Shown in pieces: positions 41,249 through 54,149 of a stretch of DNA of 64,000 bases. Numbering within the stretch: the stretch's first letter is position 1; each line of letters begins with the position of its first letter. Made by a program: the position numbers and the translations under genes. The stretch is from Octopus sinensis (Eukaryota), in contig NC_043004.1 in the NCBI RefSeq assembly GCF_006345805.1, positions 43,524,001 to 43,588,000 on the forward strand. Direction: 5' to 3'. The notes below the pieces were generated by a model, which saw only the letters and a list, made by a program, of their open reading frames with translations, was not told the DNA's origin and did no database searches.

Positions 41249-41410
41249 ATATATATGCATACATATATATATATACATTGTACACCACATATATATTATA
41301 TACATATATATCATATATACATATATATACATATATACATATATATATATACATATATATATATTATTTATACATATTTTACATACATATTTGTACATGT
41401 ATATATATAT

Positions 41411-41442
<32 letters not shown>

Positions 41443-41530
41443 ATGTATATATATTTATTTATACATATATATATGTATATATATAATATATATATTTATA
41501 CATACATATATATATATATATACACACATA
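41141..41530. repeat. (TA)n/(TACA)n microsatellite
   Basis: Direct reading. Confidence 0.9.
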
Positions 41531-41896
41531 TGAATTTATACAGGCATCTGCTTTCTATACATCACCGATTGTAATCTTTTCATCTAGTTATCGGTCGATG
41601 AAATCACCACAATTTGAATTGCGTGCATAATTGTTAATTTCTAATATTAACATTTGATCTTCATAATAATTCCCAAAGTGTTCATAGAACGTAATATACA
41701 CTATATCGTCACACTGAATAGTCAAGCGTCCCTTGAAGTTGACATTTATTTCTGTCATTAATATCATTAAGAATAAACCTTTTCCCGAAATAGTTTCATC
41801 AACTGTAAGCATTACTCATCATATATATACACATAGATACACGCATACATACTTATATAATATATGTGTGCACGCAACCATATGTATACATACATA

Positions 41897-41985
<89 letters not shown>

Positions 41986-42546
41986 TATGTATATATATAT
42001 ATATATATACATATGGACACCTATATACTTAAACATACATATATATATATATATATATACTATATATATATTTATATGTATATATACGTATAGATGCGCC
42101 CATATATACTTACATATATTTGTACGTATGTACTTACGTACGTAGGTATGTATGTAGGTATCAATGTATTTATGTATGTATATAGGTAGGTATATATGTA
42201 TTTATGTATGTATGTAAATTTGCATGTATATAAATGTGTGCATTTTGTACGTGTACGCTAGAATGTATATATATAAATACAATGCTGGAAAGTAAAAGAG
42301 AGTGTAATCAGCTTTTATCTATACCGATATATGTATTATGCTATTGCTTATTGCATTTGGCTCATTGCAGACATCATAACTTTTCGGCTGAACAACCAGA
42401 ATATGTTATGTGTCTGCTTCTTAGTTATTATGCATAAGTATATTTGGTTATAGTTATAAAATTCAGGATAATGCGCAGATTCAGAACTTGTTCCGTGTTT
42501 CAAATTTCGATTGATTTACTCATTTACTCATTTACTCATTTACTCA

Positions 42547-42960
42547 TTTACTTGTTTCAGTTCAGTCATTTGACCGTGGCCATGATGGAGCACCACCTTT
42601 AAGTCGAGGAAATCGATCCCAGGACTTATTCTTGGTAAGACTAGTACTTATTCTATCAGTCTCTTTTGCCGAACCGCTAAGTTACGGAGACGTAAACACA
42701 CCAGCATCGGTTGTCAAGAGATGTCCTGTGTGTGTGTGTGTGGGGGGGGCAAACGCAACACACAAGCATACACATATATATATTATATATACATATATAC
42801 GACGGGCTTCTTTCAGTTTCCGTCTACCAAATCCACTCACAAGGCTTTGGTCGGCCAAGGCTATAGTAGAATAAACTCGCCCAAGGTGCCACGCAGTGGG
42901 ATTGAACCCGGAACCATGTGGTTCGTAAGCAAGCTACTTACCACACAGGCACTCCTACGC
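42547..42960 (-). mobile_element. SINE family B, full length
   Basis: Reverse complement of 33164-33566; tail expanded into (tttactca)n at 42514-42550. Confidence 0.9.
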
Positions 42961-43275
42961 TTTTCTTGAAGATATATTAGCAAGGTAGGCATGTATGATA
43001 TTCATTGATACAAAGATAAGTAAAAACATTTTGCCTGCGTTGAAAAGTTGGTAAAAATCCTTCATTTGCTTGGTAGAGTATTGGGTTTACAATATGGCAG
43101 ACAAGGTGAAACAGAGCGACAAAAGAACAAAGCAGTGAAGTTATTTTCGATTTCAGGATAGTTTTATACCAATTTGATAGGCTCTAAACGTGATTTCTAT
43201 ATGTATAGATGGAGTAAGTTGCAAGAATATTACTTCTTTTCCTAATTATGTGTACATGTATACACACACACACAC

Positions 43276-43353
<78 letters not shown>

Positions 43354-43433
43354 ATATGTATATGTATATGTTATATATCATGATATATCGTTAGCCACCA
43401 CACACTTTTTTTCTCTCCTTGTTTCTGTGTCCA

Positions 43434-43467
43434 TTTCTGTAGAAGAGCGTAGGCTCGAAACGTAAAA
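43434..43467 (+). ncRNA. Minimal hammerhead-like motif with altered core
   Basis: ttt-CTGTAGA-a-gagc-gtag-gctc-GAAACGTA-aaa; A6 is changed to T. Confidence 0.5.
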
Positions 43468-43560
43468 GTCTTTTTCTATTTCTGGGCGTTATACTAATAC
43501 ATCTGTTTGTTTTGTACACCACCTGTCTTCGTCTTTCGTTGATTTGTTTTCGTAAATTCT

Positions 43561-43610
<50 letters not shown>

Positions 43611-43675
43611 ATATATATATATATATATATACACATGCATACATGTATATACTTACATATATCTATCCATCTATC

Positions 43676-43744
<69 letters not shown>

Positions 43745-45169
43745 GCACACAATAGGTGTGTATATGTGTATATGACTATTAATATATTTCCTCATTTATA
43801 AAGCTGTTAAAAAAGGTTTACTGAAATCGTTGTTTCAATGAGTACGCGCTTTTAGAAAAAAAGACATATACAATCGCAATTAAGTAATTAACTACACCAT
43901 GCATATACAGTGCCTTCTGTATATCAAATGAAATTAGCTATCACTGGAATGGTTTTAACATGTGCCCAGTGTTTCATGCTAGAACTCTGCTAAATTGCAT
44001 TTTTTAAAACGCAGACATAAAGAATAAACAGATCTTGTTCCAGGCATTTGCACACTCACCGGAGGTAAAGCTCTTTTTAAAGATACAGTTGGTCAAGCGA
44101 GCATACGGAACATTTAATATAGGGTTTGGTCTTAGAAAGAATCTTCCACCTGATGCTGTAACTGATCTTCTCATCTCAAAGTTTCCGGATTTATACATAA
44201 ATGATCATTACATGTATTTCTCGGCGCGTCTAAGTTTTGAAACATGATTGTTGTACCTGGATTTAAATTTTCCTCATACGAGTCCAAGTTAACGGCTGGT
44301 CTCTGCCCAGCAGATATTATAACCTGAATAGCTATTTTGACCCCTGCTTCGCTCGGGTTTTGGTGGTGGCGTTGTTTTGTGTGTGTTGTCTCCTTTTCCA
44401 TTTCTTCTTTTGTTCGTCTTCTTTGCCTGGTTCTTTTTATTGCCCTCTTCTTTACCCCCACCCTTTCCAAAATCCTCCAAATCTTTACACCCACAATTAA
44501 AGATAACAATCTCTAGCTCCTGCAACAACACGCAAAAGCCACCATTATTCAAACAGCACAACCTATCTATCCCATAAAACTCAGTTTTTCCCATATTCCT
44601 CACCATGGCAACCAAACGGTAGCCTCGAGCGACTTGCAACCATCCTCACACAATTGCCCCCCCCATTTTACCCCCCACCACCAGTGTAAATTTTGGCGCC
44701 AATCCGAACCCAGCTACCACACCGTAAACCGTTCCCATCCCAAAATGAGACAAATAACCAAGAAATCAAACAACTTTTTCGCATTTCAGCTTTATAGATA
44801 TTGATAGTTTCGTGCTTCATAATTAACGGAGAATTCATCGCACGCCTGCCCAAGAATACATATAGATATATTTCTGAATGTACACCCAGGAAGTCTCTGA
44901 GTCACCAGGTGTTTGCTGATATATGCCATTACACAAGGAGAAGCATCGTTATGTGATCATGCCTATAAAATATCTCTCTCTACATCTATCGTTGCTCAGA
45001 AAGCAATTAGCTGATAAGTGTAATTATTTTGTTGTTTATATATGTCCTAATATTAAGTTAGAAAGGTGGGGTGAACCACAAAATATTGCAGGACATGTTC
45101 TTACGACCAAATAGTTAAGAACGTAGAGGGTTATAAAAAATTGTATTTATATATATAAGGAAGCAATGC

Positions 45170-45482
45170 GTCGGTTTCGATGACGAGGGTCCCAGCTGAT
45201 ACGATCAACGGAACAGCTTGCACGTGAAATTAAGTTCCAAGTGGCTGAGCACTTATCAAACACGTGTACCCTTAACGTAGATCTCGGAGAGATTCAACGT
45301 GACACGGAGTGTGACAAGGCTGGCCCTTTGAAATACAGGTACTACTCATTTTTGCCAGGTGACTCGACTGGAGCAACGTGAAATAAAGTGTCTTGTTGAA
45401 GGACACAACGCGCCGCCGGAAATTGAACTCATGACATTACGATCATGAGCCGAACACCCCTAACCACTAAGCCACGCACCTT
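45170..45482 (-). mobile_element. tRNA-derived SINE family D
   Basis: A box TGGCTTAGTGG; gttgtgtccttcaacaagacactttatttcacgttgctccag shared with 60092-60437. Confidence 0.8.
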
Positions 45483-45489
45483 CACAAAC

Positions 45490-45522
<33 letters not shown>

Positions 45523-45609
45523 GCAGGTCCCGAGTTCAGGCGGGGTTAACCACAGTAAATAAGGTACTCAATACATAGCAGAGTAAATTAATATATTTTA
45601 TAGAAGGAG

Positions 45610-45656
45610 CTTCTACAGGACTAGAACTGTTTCATTCAAATGAAATCATCAGGAAG
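45610..45656 (-). ncRNA. Type-I hammerhead ribozyme
   Basis: cttc-CTGATGA-tttcatttgaat-GAAA-cag-ttctagtc-ctg-TA-gaag. Confidence 0.8.
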
Positions 45657-46578
45657 GTTGCTGTCAAAATAAGTTCTGGTATTTATACATTTAGGCAGAT
45701 TTAATGGGGTGGTGGTGGGGGACATTTTTGGGGTAAGCAGGGCACAAACTGTCGTTCTTAGGGGAGTGGTCAAAAGAATCAGTGATAAAGTAAATAAATG
45801 AATAAATAGAAAAATTGAATAGAGTTTTAGGTAAATTAGAAGACTATTGCTTTTAGTCAGTTTGTTGTTGTTGTTATTAAGTGGAGGGAAGAAGTAGAGA
45901 GATATATATACATATGTATAAGTGGATGAGGAGGAAATGAGTGAGAGAACATGTGTGTATGTGTATGTGAATGAGTGTTCGTGTGAGTGGTGTTTGTGTG
46001 AGTGTTTGCGTTTGTATCCGTGGGTAAAGAGATAGAAAGGATGGGAGAGGGGAGTGGTAGAAGGATTCCATTTGGCCTGCCGGAACCCTGGGGAATTCTA
46101 GGAACTTTTGGCGTTTGTCAATTCTAGCGTCACTGAATGTGTGTCGGCGGTTAGGTAGGTCATAAATTATACCTTTTATGATTTTGAAGACGGTCAGATG
46201 CCATTCGGGGTCTAAGAACTTCATCTACTCTGTATGTTTGTATAATTGTACTGTGCAGGTGTGTATGTGCGTCTCTCTGTTTGTACGTGTGTGTTTTTTT
46301 GTGTGTGTGTGTGTATGTGCGTGTGTGTGTTTGTGTGTGTCTCTGTGTGTTTGGAGTAGGGGGAGAGACAAATAGAGAAAAAGGAAAATAAAAATAAAAA
46401 TAAAATAAGGGAGGAAGATGAGGAGAGAAGAAAATATATATGTGTGTGTGTGTGTATGTGCGGGTATATATATATGTGTAGATATATATGTGCGTGTGTT
46501 TGCGTGTTTGCATGTATGTGTAGGTGTGTTTGTATATATGTGTATGTATGTATATATGTGTATGTATATATGTATGTG

Positions 46579-46622
<44 letters not shown>

Positions 46623-47038
46623 ATGTATATATATATATATGTGCTAGTGTATTTATATGTATGTGTGTGTCTGTATGTATATACATGGGCATATGTATAT
46701 GTGTATGTATGGATATTCGCATGTGTATGTATGTGGGATTGTATGTATATTTATTTTATATGTTCTTTCATGTATATTTATCTACTTCTTCCCTCCACTT
46801 AATAACTACAACAACAAACTGACTAAAAGCAATAGTCTTCTAATTGACTAAAAGCAATAGTCTTCTAAAACTCTATTCAATTTTTCTATTTATTCATTTA
46901 TTTACTTTATCACTGATTCTTTTGACCACTCCCCTAAGAACGACAGTTTGTGCCCTGCTTACCCCCAAAACGTCCCCCACCACCACCCCATTAAATCTGC
47001 CTAAATGTATAAATACCAGAACTTATTTTGACAGCAAG

Positions 47039-47085
47039 CTTCCTGATGATTTCATTTGAATGAAACAGTTCTTGTCCTGTAGAAG
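47039..47085 (+). ncRNA. Type-I hammerhead ribozyme
   Basis: cttc-CTGATGA-tttcatttgaat-GAAA-cag-ttcttgtc-ctg-TA-gaag. Confidence 0.8.
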
Positions 47086-47103
47086 CTCCTTCTATAAATA
47101 AAA

Positions 47104-47188
<85 letters not shown>

Positions 47189-47201
47189 TATATATATATA
47201 T

Positions 47202-47237
<36 letters not shown>

Positions 47238-47799
47238 GTGTGTGTGTGTGTGTGTATGCTTTTGTACGTATCTGTGCTGTGTGCCACACTTCAAAGGAAG
47301 ACGAAAAAAGAGTGAAGGGAGAGGTACAAAGACAAAGAGAAACAAAAGGTGTTAAGCAGTGCAGGTATAGTTGAGGTGAGTGGTAATGCAGGAGAGAGAG
47401 GAGGGACAGCAGCAGAGGAAGTATAGCTGAAGTGAGAGGCAAAGCGGCAAAGATGAGGGGGTGAGGGAGAGAGAGTGAGAGAGAGTGTGGTGATTGATAG
47501 CTGTGAGATGTAAGAGAAATGTGATGCATTAAACGCCGGAGGACAGTTAGAGACAAGGAGACATAGAGGAGGGAAGTGAAAAAGAGAAAGATTTAGGGAG
47601 TGGATAGAAAATAACAGTGAAAGAGAATGGAACTATTTTCCTACAGAAAACGCTGGAAAGCTTTTCGTCTTCGGCGATATATGTTAAGGCCGCTAAAAAT
47701 TTCGAAATTGCGAAGAGAAATGTTACCTATCAATCTCTCTGTCTATCTCTCTATTTCTCTCTATCCATCTCTCTATATATCCATCCATCCATACCTACA

Positions 47800-47826
47800 T
47801 CTATTTATCTATCTATCAATCAATCA

Positions 47827-47903
<77 letters not shown>

Positions 47904-47949
47904 ATCATCTATCTGTCTGACAGTTATTCTTTCGGTCTGGCTCTTTAAC

Positions 47950-47989
<40 letters not shown>

Positions 47990-48007
47990 TCTCTCTCCCT
48001 CTCTCTC
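47800..48007. repeat. (ATCT)n and (CT)n microsatellites
   Basis: Direct reading. Confidence 0.9.
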
Positions 48008-48464
48008 AGCAAATAGCTGTGGATGTTACTGTTACTTTTCTACAGATGAAGGGAGAGATAGAAAGAAAAGGAGTAATAAAAGGTGTTAATCAGAGGAGGT
48101 ATAGTTGAAGTGAGTAACAAAGCGAGAGTGGCGAAGGACAGAGAGGAAGCAAGACAGAAAATGTGAGAGTGAGAGAGAAAGTGAGTGGTGAGTGAAAGGG
48201 AGGTGGCGTCCATTTTTGGATCTAGGTTAGAATCTTGAAAGAAAACTGAATAATGATATACATACATTCATGCATATATATGTATCAGAAATTTCATTTA
48301 ACGTGTGTGGATAATTTTTTATGAACGATCCCGAGATAGAGAACAATTTCTACTTGATTATATTGCATTTCCATCTTAATTATTGTGTTACTGAGCATTT
48401 TAAGAAGGAGAAAGTTGTTGCTCATCTCATTTATCTATTTCCAAAACTATCCTTTACAGTTATA

Positions 48465-48672
48465 TCTGTTTCTTTATTACCCTCAAGGGGCTAAACACAG
48501 AGAGGACAAACAAGGACAGACAAAGGGATTGAGTAGATTACATCGACCCCAGTGCGTAACTGGTCCTTAATTTATCGACCCCGAAAGGATGAAAGGCAAA
48601 GTCGACCTTGGCGGAATTTGAACCGCGAAGCACTTCGCCCAGAGTGCTACCGTTTCTGCCAGCTCGCCGCCT
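48465..48672 (-). mobile_element. SINE family C
   Basis: Homologous to 29679-29915 with an internal deletion. Confidence 0.85.
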
Positions 48673-50163
48673 TCACAGTTATATTTTCATCCAGGGCATT
48701 GGTTTACTAAAATGTCAAGAAATATCACAAACTTGTAATGAATTCTACAAACGATTTGTTAATAGGTGTATTAATGACTTCTTCATTTACCTAAAGATTT
48801 ATATATTTTTATTCGTGATATTCTTCTTGCATGTCAACCTCACTGCACTACTAACGACTATTAATCTCCGTCTTTATTAAGAAACAAACAAATAAACATT
48901 ACAAGCACTAATTTCCAGTGACATGGGTAGTAATTGCATACAAGTGGTATTAGCGCTGTATGAGGAAAAGTAATTAATTAAATGTTAACAATATCGTAAA
49001 AAAGAAAATTTTAATTCTCGCAATCGGTGAGTCGATTCATTTCAAGAACAGGCGGATAACATTTTAAAAACTTAAAATAGAAAACAAAAGACGAGTCACT
49101 AAACCATTCGGGGAATATTAAGTTGTATTGATACATTAAGCATTCAGGACCACAAAGAACAGAGTTTAAGTTCAGAATATAAAATGAATTGTAATATATA
49201 ATTAAGTTAATAGGCGTCTTCTGATGCAGTAATTTGTTTTTGCAAAACATGTAGAATATTGCCAAATTAGAAGCAGAAAATTCAATAAGGAACAAAGATA
49301 AATAAAAGAGATATTAATGATTTATTAGCGTGGGAAAGGAAGGAAGTGCTGATGAATAATGAATGAAAGATTTTATTTAGAAAACATGTAAAAGTAAAAT
49401 CCTATGTGATTTGTATCTAAAATGCATCATTAACATGAAAAAGAAACAAAGAAAATCTTTTTATATTAAAATGCAGTGAACAAAGATGAATAAAACACTG
49501 AAACAAAATAAAATATTTAAATAAGGGACATGTAAATCATGAAAAAATGTCATTAACAAACGCAAGAAAATCTGCAATATCTGTTCACAAAATAAATAAA
49601 TTGTTTGGGCACGTAAGTAAATAATTAAAGAAAATATGCTTAGAGAGTAAAGAGAAGAAATTAAAGAAAAAAGAAAAATGGCTAAAATATAGAGAAACGT
49701 GTGAGGAAGTAAATCAAATTTAAGTTATTGTAATTAGGCTATCGTTTAGGATGATCGATCTAGTTGCATTGATTCCAGTGGAAGAACAACAATCGCAAAA
49801 CACAATGTTTGCTGACATTGGTATGAGTTACCTTCATGCATTCGTAGACATTCACCTCTTCATTACACCTTTCTGTAAAATACATATTAAAACCACACGT
49901 GCACTCACGTAAGTGGCCATACGCCACACACTTATCACGTAGGTGAGGGTCAGCAAGCGTACACTTAGAAACACACAGATCTGTGTACGCACATATTAAT
50001 ATGCGTGTGTGTAGTTTGATGTTTCAGTGTGTGTATTTCGATGTTTGGAACTGATAAAACCAAGGCTTACCTCTCAAATGTTTTGACTGTGTGCATGCAT
50101 GAGAAAATATTAGCTTGTATACATTTGCTACCCTAAAACATAGATGTTTCTGTGTTTACATTT

Positions 50164-50345
50164 GGAGGCGAAATGGCCCAGTGGTTAGGGCAGCGGTCGT
50201 AAGAACGCGGTTTCGATTCCCAGGCCGAATATCTTGAGTTCTTATTGAGCAGAAACAGCTAAGCTCCACGAAGCTCCGGCAGTGGGGAGATGAACCCCGC
50301 TGTACTCTTTCACCACAACTTTCTCTCACTCTTTCTTCCTACTTC
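50164..50345 (+). mobile_element. SINE family A, 5' part
   Basis: A box TGGCCCAGTGG, B-box-like GTTTCGATTCC, and ctaagctccacg..caactttctctcactcttt. Confidence 0.8.
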
Positions 50346-50623
50346 TGCTACAAAGCAGAGTAACAATTGTGTAACCCACTATGGTATGGTAAACTTTCAG
50401 ACACTAGTCTAAAATGCGAATCCTCTGTACCCCACGATGGTTCACCTCTCCATCCATTAAAAGACACCGTTTACTGAATGAGGATAACAACGTAGCTTTT
50501 GCGCCCATGCACCGCGCGTGGTGGATGAATCTTCAAGTTGCCACACGCATTCATAGTAGCTTAGAGTAGGGTCGATTTAGAGATTATTCTTTGTGGCTAA
50601 TGGCGCAACTCCTGATTGGATGA

Positions 50624-50990
50624 GGAAGAAGAAGAAGAAGAAGAAGAAGAAGAAGAAGAAGAAGATGAAGAAGAAGAAGAAAAGGAAGAAGAAGTAGACA
50701 GCAGCCACATACTGCAGCCAAAACGACGTCCACAATATCAAGATTCTTCTAAGCCAACATAGATTCACCATCATCAACATAATGAAACCCTTCTTTTTGT
50801 TCTTCTTGTTCTTGTTCTTGTTCTTGTTCTTGTTGCTGTTGTTGTTGCTGTTGTTGTTGTGGCTGTTGCTGTTGTTGTTGTTGTTGTTGCTGTTCTTCTT
50901 CTTCCTCTTCTTCTTCTCCTTCTTCTTCTTCTTCTTCTTCTTCTTCTTCTTCTTCTTCTTCTTCTTCTAATTCTTCGTCTTCTTCTTCTC
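50624..50990. repeat. (GAA)n followed by (TTC/TTG)n tracts
   Basis: Direct reading. Confidence 0.9.
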
Positions 50991-51531
50991 ATCCCCCTTC
51001 TTCTCAGTTACCAATCTCAACCAATCTCTATGCCTGGCAGTCACCAAATACAACCACTTCTTCATTTCTGTCTTCCACCACCACTCCCGCAGCTTCAACT
51101 CTTTATCAAATATATCTATCTCTCTTATTACTACATCCCGCCAGTGTCGAATTTCAACCACTAATTCGAACTCCCTCCATGAAATCATCAAACCCAAACA
51201 TATGTAATCATAAACCAATTGACAATCCAATGCCTCTTAAAAAGCCCACACTCATAAAATCCAAAACAACGCCGACACCATATTTACGTGTTACGCTCAT
51301 ACACCAAGGGACGGGACGTTTAAGTAATAAACCCAGCTCCAACCATAATAGCCCTACTTCAACTGTACCGCTACGGAAATCAAGTTCAATGTGTAACACT
51401 AAACTATGTCCCTACGTTCAACACTGGGGGTTATGTCTGGCCGCCAAATGGTATCTTCTCTCATCCCACATCACACTTAATAATTGTAATCGGAGTTTTA
51501 ACTGCTTATGCATTTCACTTTTAAATATTGT

Positions 51532-51599
<68 letters not shown>

Positions 51600-51664
51600 T
51601 GTATGTATGTATGTTATATATATATATCTATATATCTATATATATCTATGTATGTATGTATGTA

Positions 51665-51711
<47 letters not shown>

Positions 51712-51794
51712 ATTTTAGTCCAAACGGAAATATATATATATGAAAAAACAAGTCAAAAATAGAAAATGCTAAGATGATTTTATAGTGAATCTTT

Positions 51795-51832
51795 CAGTAC
51801 CGGTTTCGGTCATTTTGAGACCTTTTCAACTG
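51795..51832 (-). ncRNA. Type-I hammerhead ribozyme, U3-A8 core variant
   Basis: cag-TTGAAAA-ggtc-tcaaaat-gacc-GAAA-ccgg-TA-ctg. Confidence 0.7.
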
Positions 51833-52308
51833 TAACGATTAAATAATTAAATTTAGAAAAATTTAGAAAAATTAGAAGAAAGGTTTTTTTAAAGGAATAT
51901 TTCCATAGTAGTGTTCAGATATAGGTGGCATTCTGCCTTTCTCTGACTCCCTTGTTTGCACTTGTGTATTCGAGGTCGTTGTGAGTTCTTGAGGGGATGG
52001 GAGTGGGAAAATCTGGGCTGGTCAGTGGCGACCGGCAGTCGCTGCGTAGGCGTTATACTTAAAGACATTAGTGACAAGGTTAAGGGGTGGAGAAGTAGAA
52101 GAAGAAGAAGAAGATGACGGTGCCGATGATGATGACGATGAAGAAGAAGAAGGAGAAGGAGAAGATGACGATGATGATGGTGGTGATGACGATGACGACG
52201 ATGATGATGATAATGATGATGATGAAGAAGAAGAAGAAGAGGAAGAAGAAGAAAAAAAACAGAGAAGGGAGAATATGAATGGGTGAAGATATAGCTGTGA
52301 TGGGGCGA

Positions 52309-53151
52309 TTAGTAATGGATTCTATGGAATGTAATATTTGTGTGTGTATATATATTTCTTTTATTCTTAAGTTGAGGTATATTGTTTGTCGTAGACCCGT
52401 TAAGAAGTGGCCTGTATTTTATAATAAAGAGATTTTCTTTACTTATTCGTTGTCTCGAGGTTGTATCGTCCCTAAATTGGTAGAGGGGGAAAATTCTGAA
52501 GTTTGGTGTTTTTTTGTTGGCGCAAGTATCTATGTGTTGGCTAAAAGCTACTTTTCTGTTTTGGGGAATTTTTATTTGGGATCTGTGCAGGGCCATTCGT
52601 TTACGCAAACCATTTTTTGTTTGGCCTATGTACTGCTCTTGACACCCGGAGCAGGTTAGTGAGTATATTAGGTTCTCCGAAGCACATGTGAAGTTGCTTT
52701 TCACTGTAAACCGTTGTCCCTGTTTGAAGGAGAACTCAGAACCCTCGATTAGATAGTCGCATATCCCGCAATTGGGTCTTCCACATTTTTTTACTGTCGG
52801 CTTCTGTGTTGAAGAGTGAATTCGGGCTTGTGTTAGAAGACTTTTCATGGATCTAGGCTGTCTTTTGCTTTTTATGATCGTGTGTGTTTGGAGGATTGTG
52901 TTCATTCTGTGGTCTTTTTTTAGGAGGGGTATGTTGTGGAGGATGGTGCCGAAGGCTTCGTTATTGAGAGGGTTGTGTGTGGAGATGTATGGTAAGGCTT
53001 TTGGTTGTAAGTTTTTCTTTGATTTGGGATGTCTCAGTTCCTTGATGTTAAGTTGAAGGGCACGTTGAATGCACTTGTCAATAAGTGAAGGTGGATAGTT
53101 CCTGGTGATAAGGGTATATTTTAGTTCTTGTAGTCGTGTGTCTCTGGTCAC
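52309..53151 (-). CDS. PLE ORF C-terminus: RT thumb, Cys linker and GIY-YIG endonuclease (partial, open frame)
   Basis: RNYPPSLI..LPYIS..CGRPNCGIC..FTCASENLIYSLTCSGCQEQYIGQT..LRKRMALH..ENLFI..LN. Confidence 0.9.
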   Translation of the reverse strand: MTRDTRLQELKYTLITRNYPPSLIDKCIQRALQLNIKELRHPKSKKNLQPKALPYISTHNPLNNEAFGTILHNIPLLKKDHRMNTILQTHTIIKSKRQPRSMKSLLTQARIHSSTQKPTVKKCGRPNCGICDYLIEGSEFSFKQGQRFTVKSNFTCASENLIYSLTCSGCQEQYIGQTKNGLRKRMALHRSQIKIPQNRKVAFSQHIDTCANKKTPNFRIFPLYQFRDDTTSRQRISKENLFIIKYRPLLNGSTTNNIPQLKNKRNIYTHTNITFHRIHY

Positions 53152-53389
53152 TAATATCTTTAAGTATAACGCCTACGCAGCGACTGCCGGTCGCCACTGA
53201 CCAGCCCAGATTTTCCCACTCCCACCCCCTCAAGAACTCACAACAACCTCGAATACACAAGTGCAAACAAGGGAGTCAGAGAAAGGCAGAATGCCACCTA
53301 TATCTGAACACTACTATGGAAATATTCCTTTAAAAAAACCTTTCTTCTAATTTTTCTAAATTTTTCTAAATTTAATTATTTAATCGTTA

Positions 53390-53425
53390 CAGTTGAAAAG
53401 GTCTCAAAATGACCGAACCGTACTG
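53390..53425 (+). ncRNA. Second copy of the U3-A8 HHR with two 1-nt deletions
   Basis: cag-TTGAAAA-ggtc-tcaaaat-gacc-GAA-ccg-TA-ctg. Confidence 0.5.
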
Positions 53426-53511
53426 AAAGATTCACTATAAAATCATCTTAGCATTTTCTATTTTTGACTTGTTTTTCATATATATCAACTCGTGTGTTCC
53501 TTTCCACCCTT

Positions 53512-53591
<80 letters not shown>

Positions 53592-54149
53592 ATATATATA
53601 CACATTACACATATTTATATATATATATATTTACATACGTATATATGCTTCCGTTACATTTCACTCCTAGATATACTAAAAAATCACTTTAGAGGAACAC
53701 AGCATAGCGTAATCCAACTTCGGACATAAATATCTGTAATTTAATGCAATAAAGTGTTCCTTGAAGATCCGTTGTGGTTAAGCATATGTATGTAATAGGT
53801 TACCTATTACAGGACCCCAGGTACCATAATGATTAAACGCGGTTAAATCCTATAACATACATGTGTTCATCCATATTTTTCTCTCTTCTCACTCTTATTC
53901 CCCCCTCTCTCTCTCTAACTATCTATCTATCTAGCTCACTCTCACACATAGAAATGCACGAACACGCACACACACATACGCACACACTCACACACCAACA
54001 CGGCAGAAAAGTTCTATGACTGGCTACGAAGGTGTGATGCTAGAGCTGTGAAATCTCGTATGCATTAATTTCAACTCTTCTTATTAATAGTAGCAAACTT
54101 TCTATTCAGGTAAATGTTATCTAACTCTTCAAAAAATAGTCTTCAAAAG

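Larger units (their letters stand above)
45523..47100. mobile_element. Non-autonomous PLE-like element with ~300-bp inverted pLTRs (45597-45898 / 46780-47097) in (TA)n
   Basis: Near-identical inverted arms, each with an intact HHR; the interior is mostly microsatellite. Confidence 0.8.
51741..53478 (-). mobile_element. 5'-truncated Penelope-like element with inverted pLTRs (51741-52075 / 53147-53478), in (TA)n
   Basis: ~335-bp near-identical inverted repeats flank a GIY-YIG ORF; HHR in each arm. Confidence 0.92.

Noticed and set aside
50577-52286. Poly-K/R/E/D/F/L ORFs (also 3018-3242 and 58780-59085)
   Set aside because: They are trinucleotide microsatellite translations
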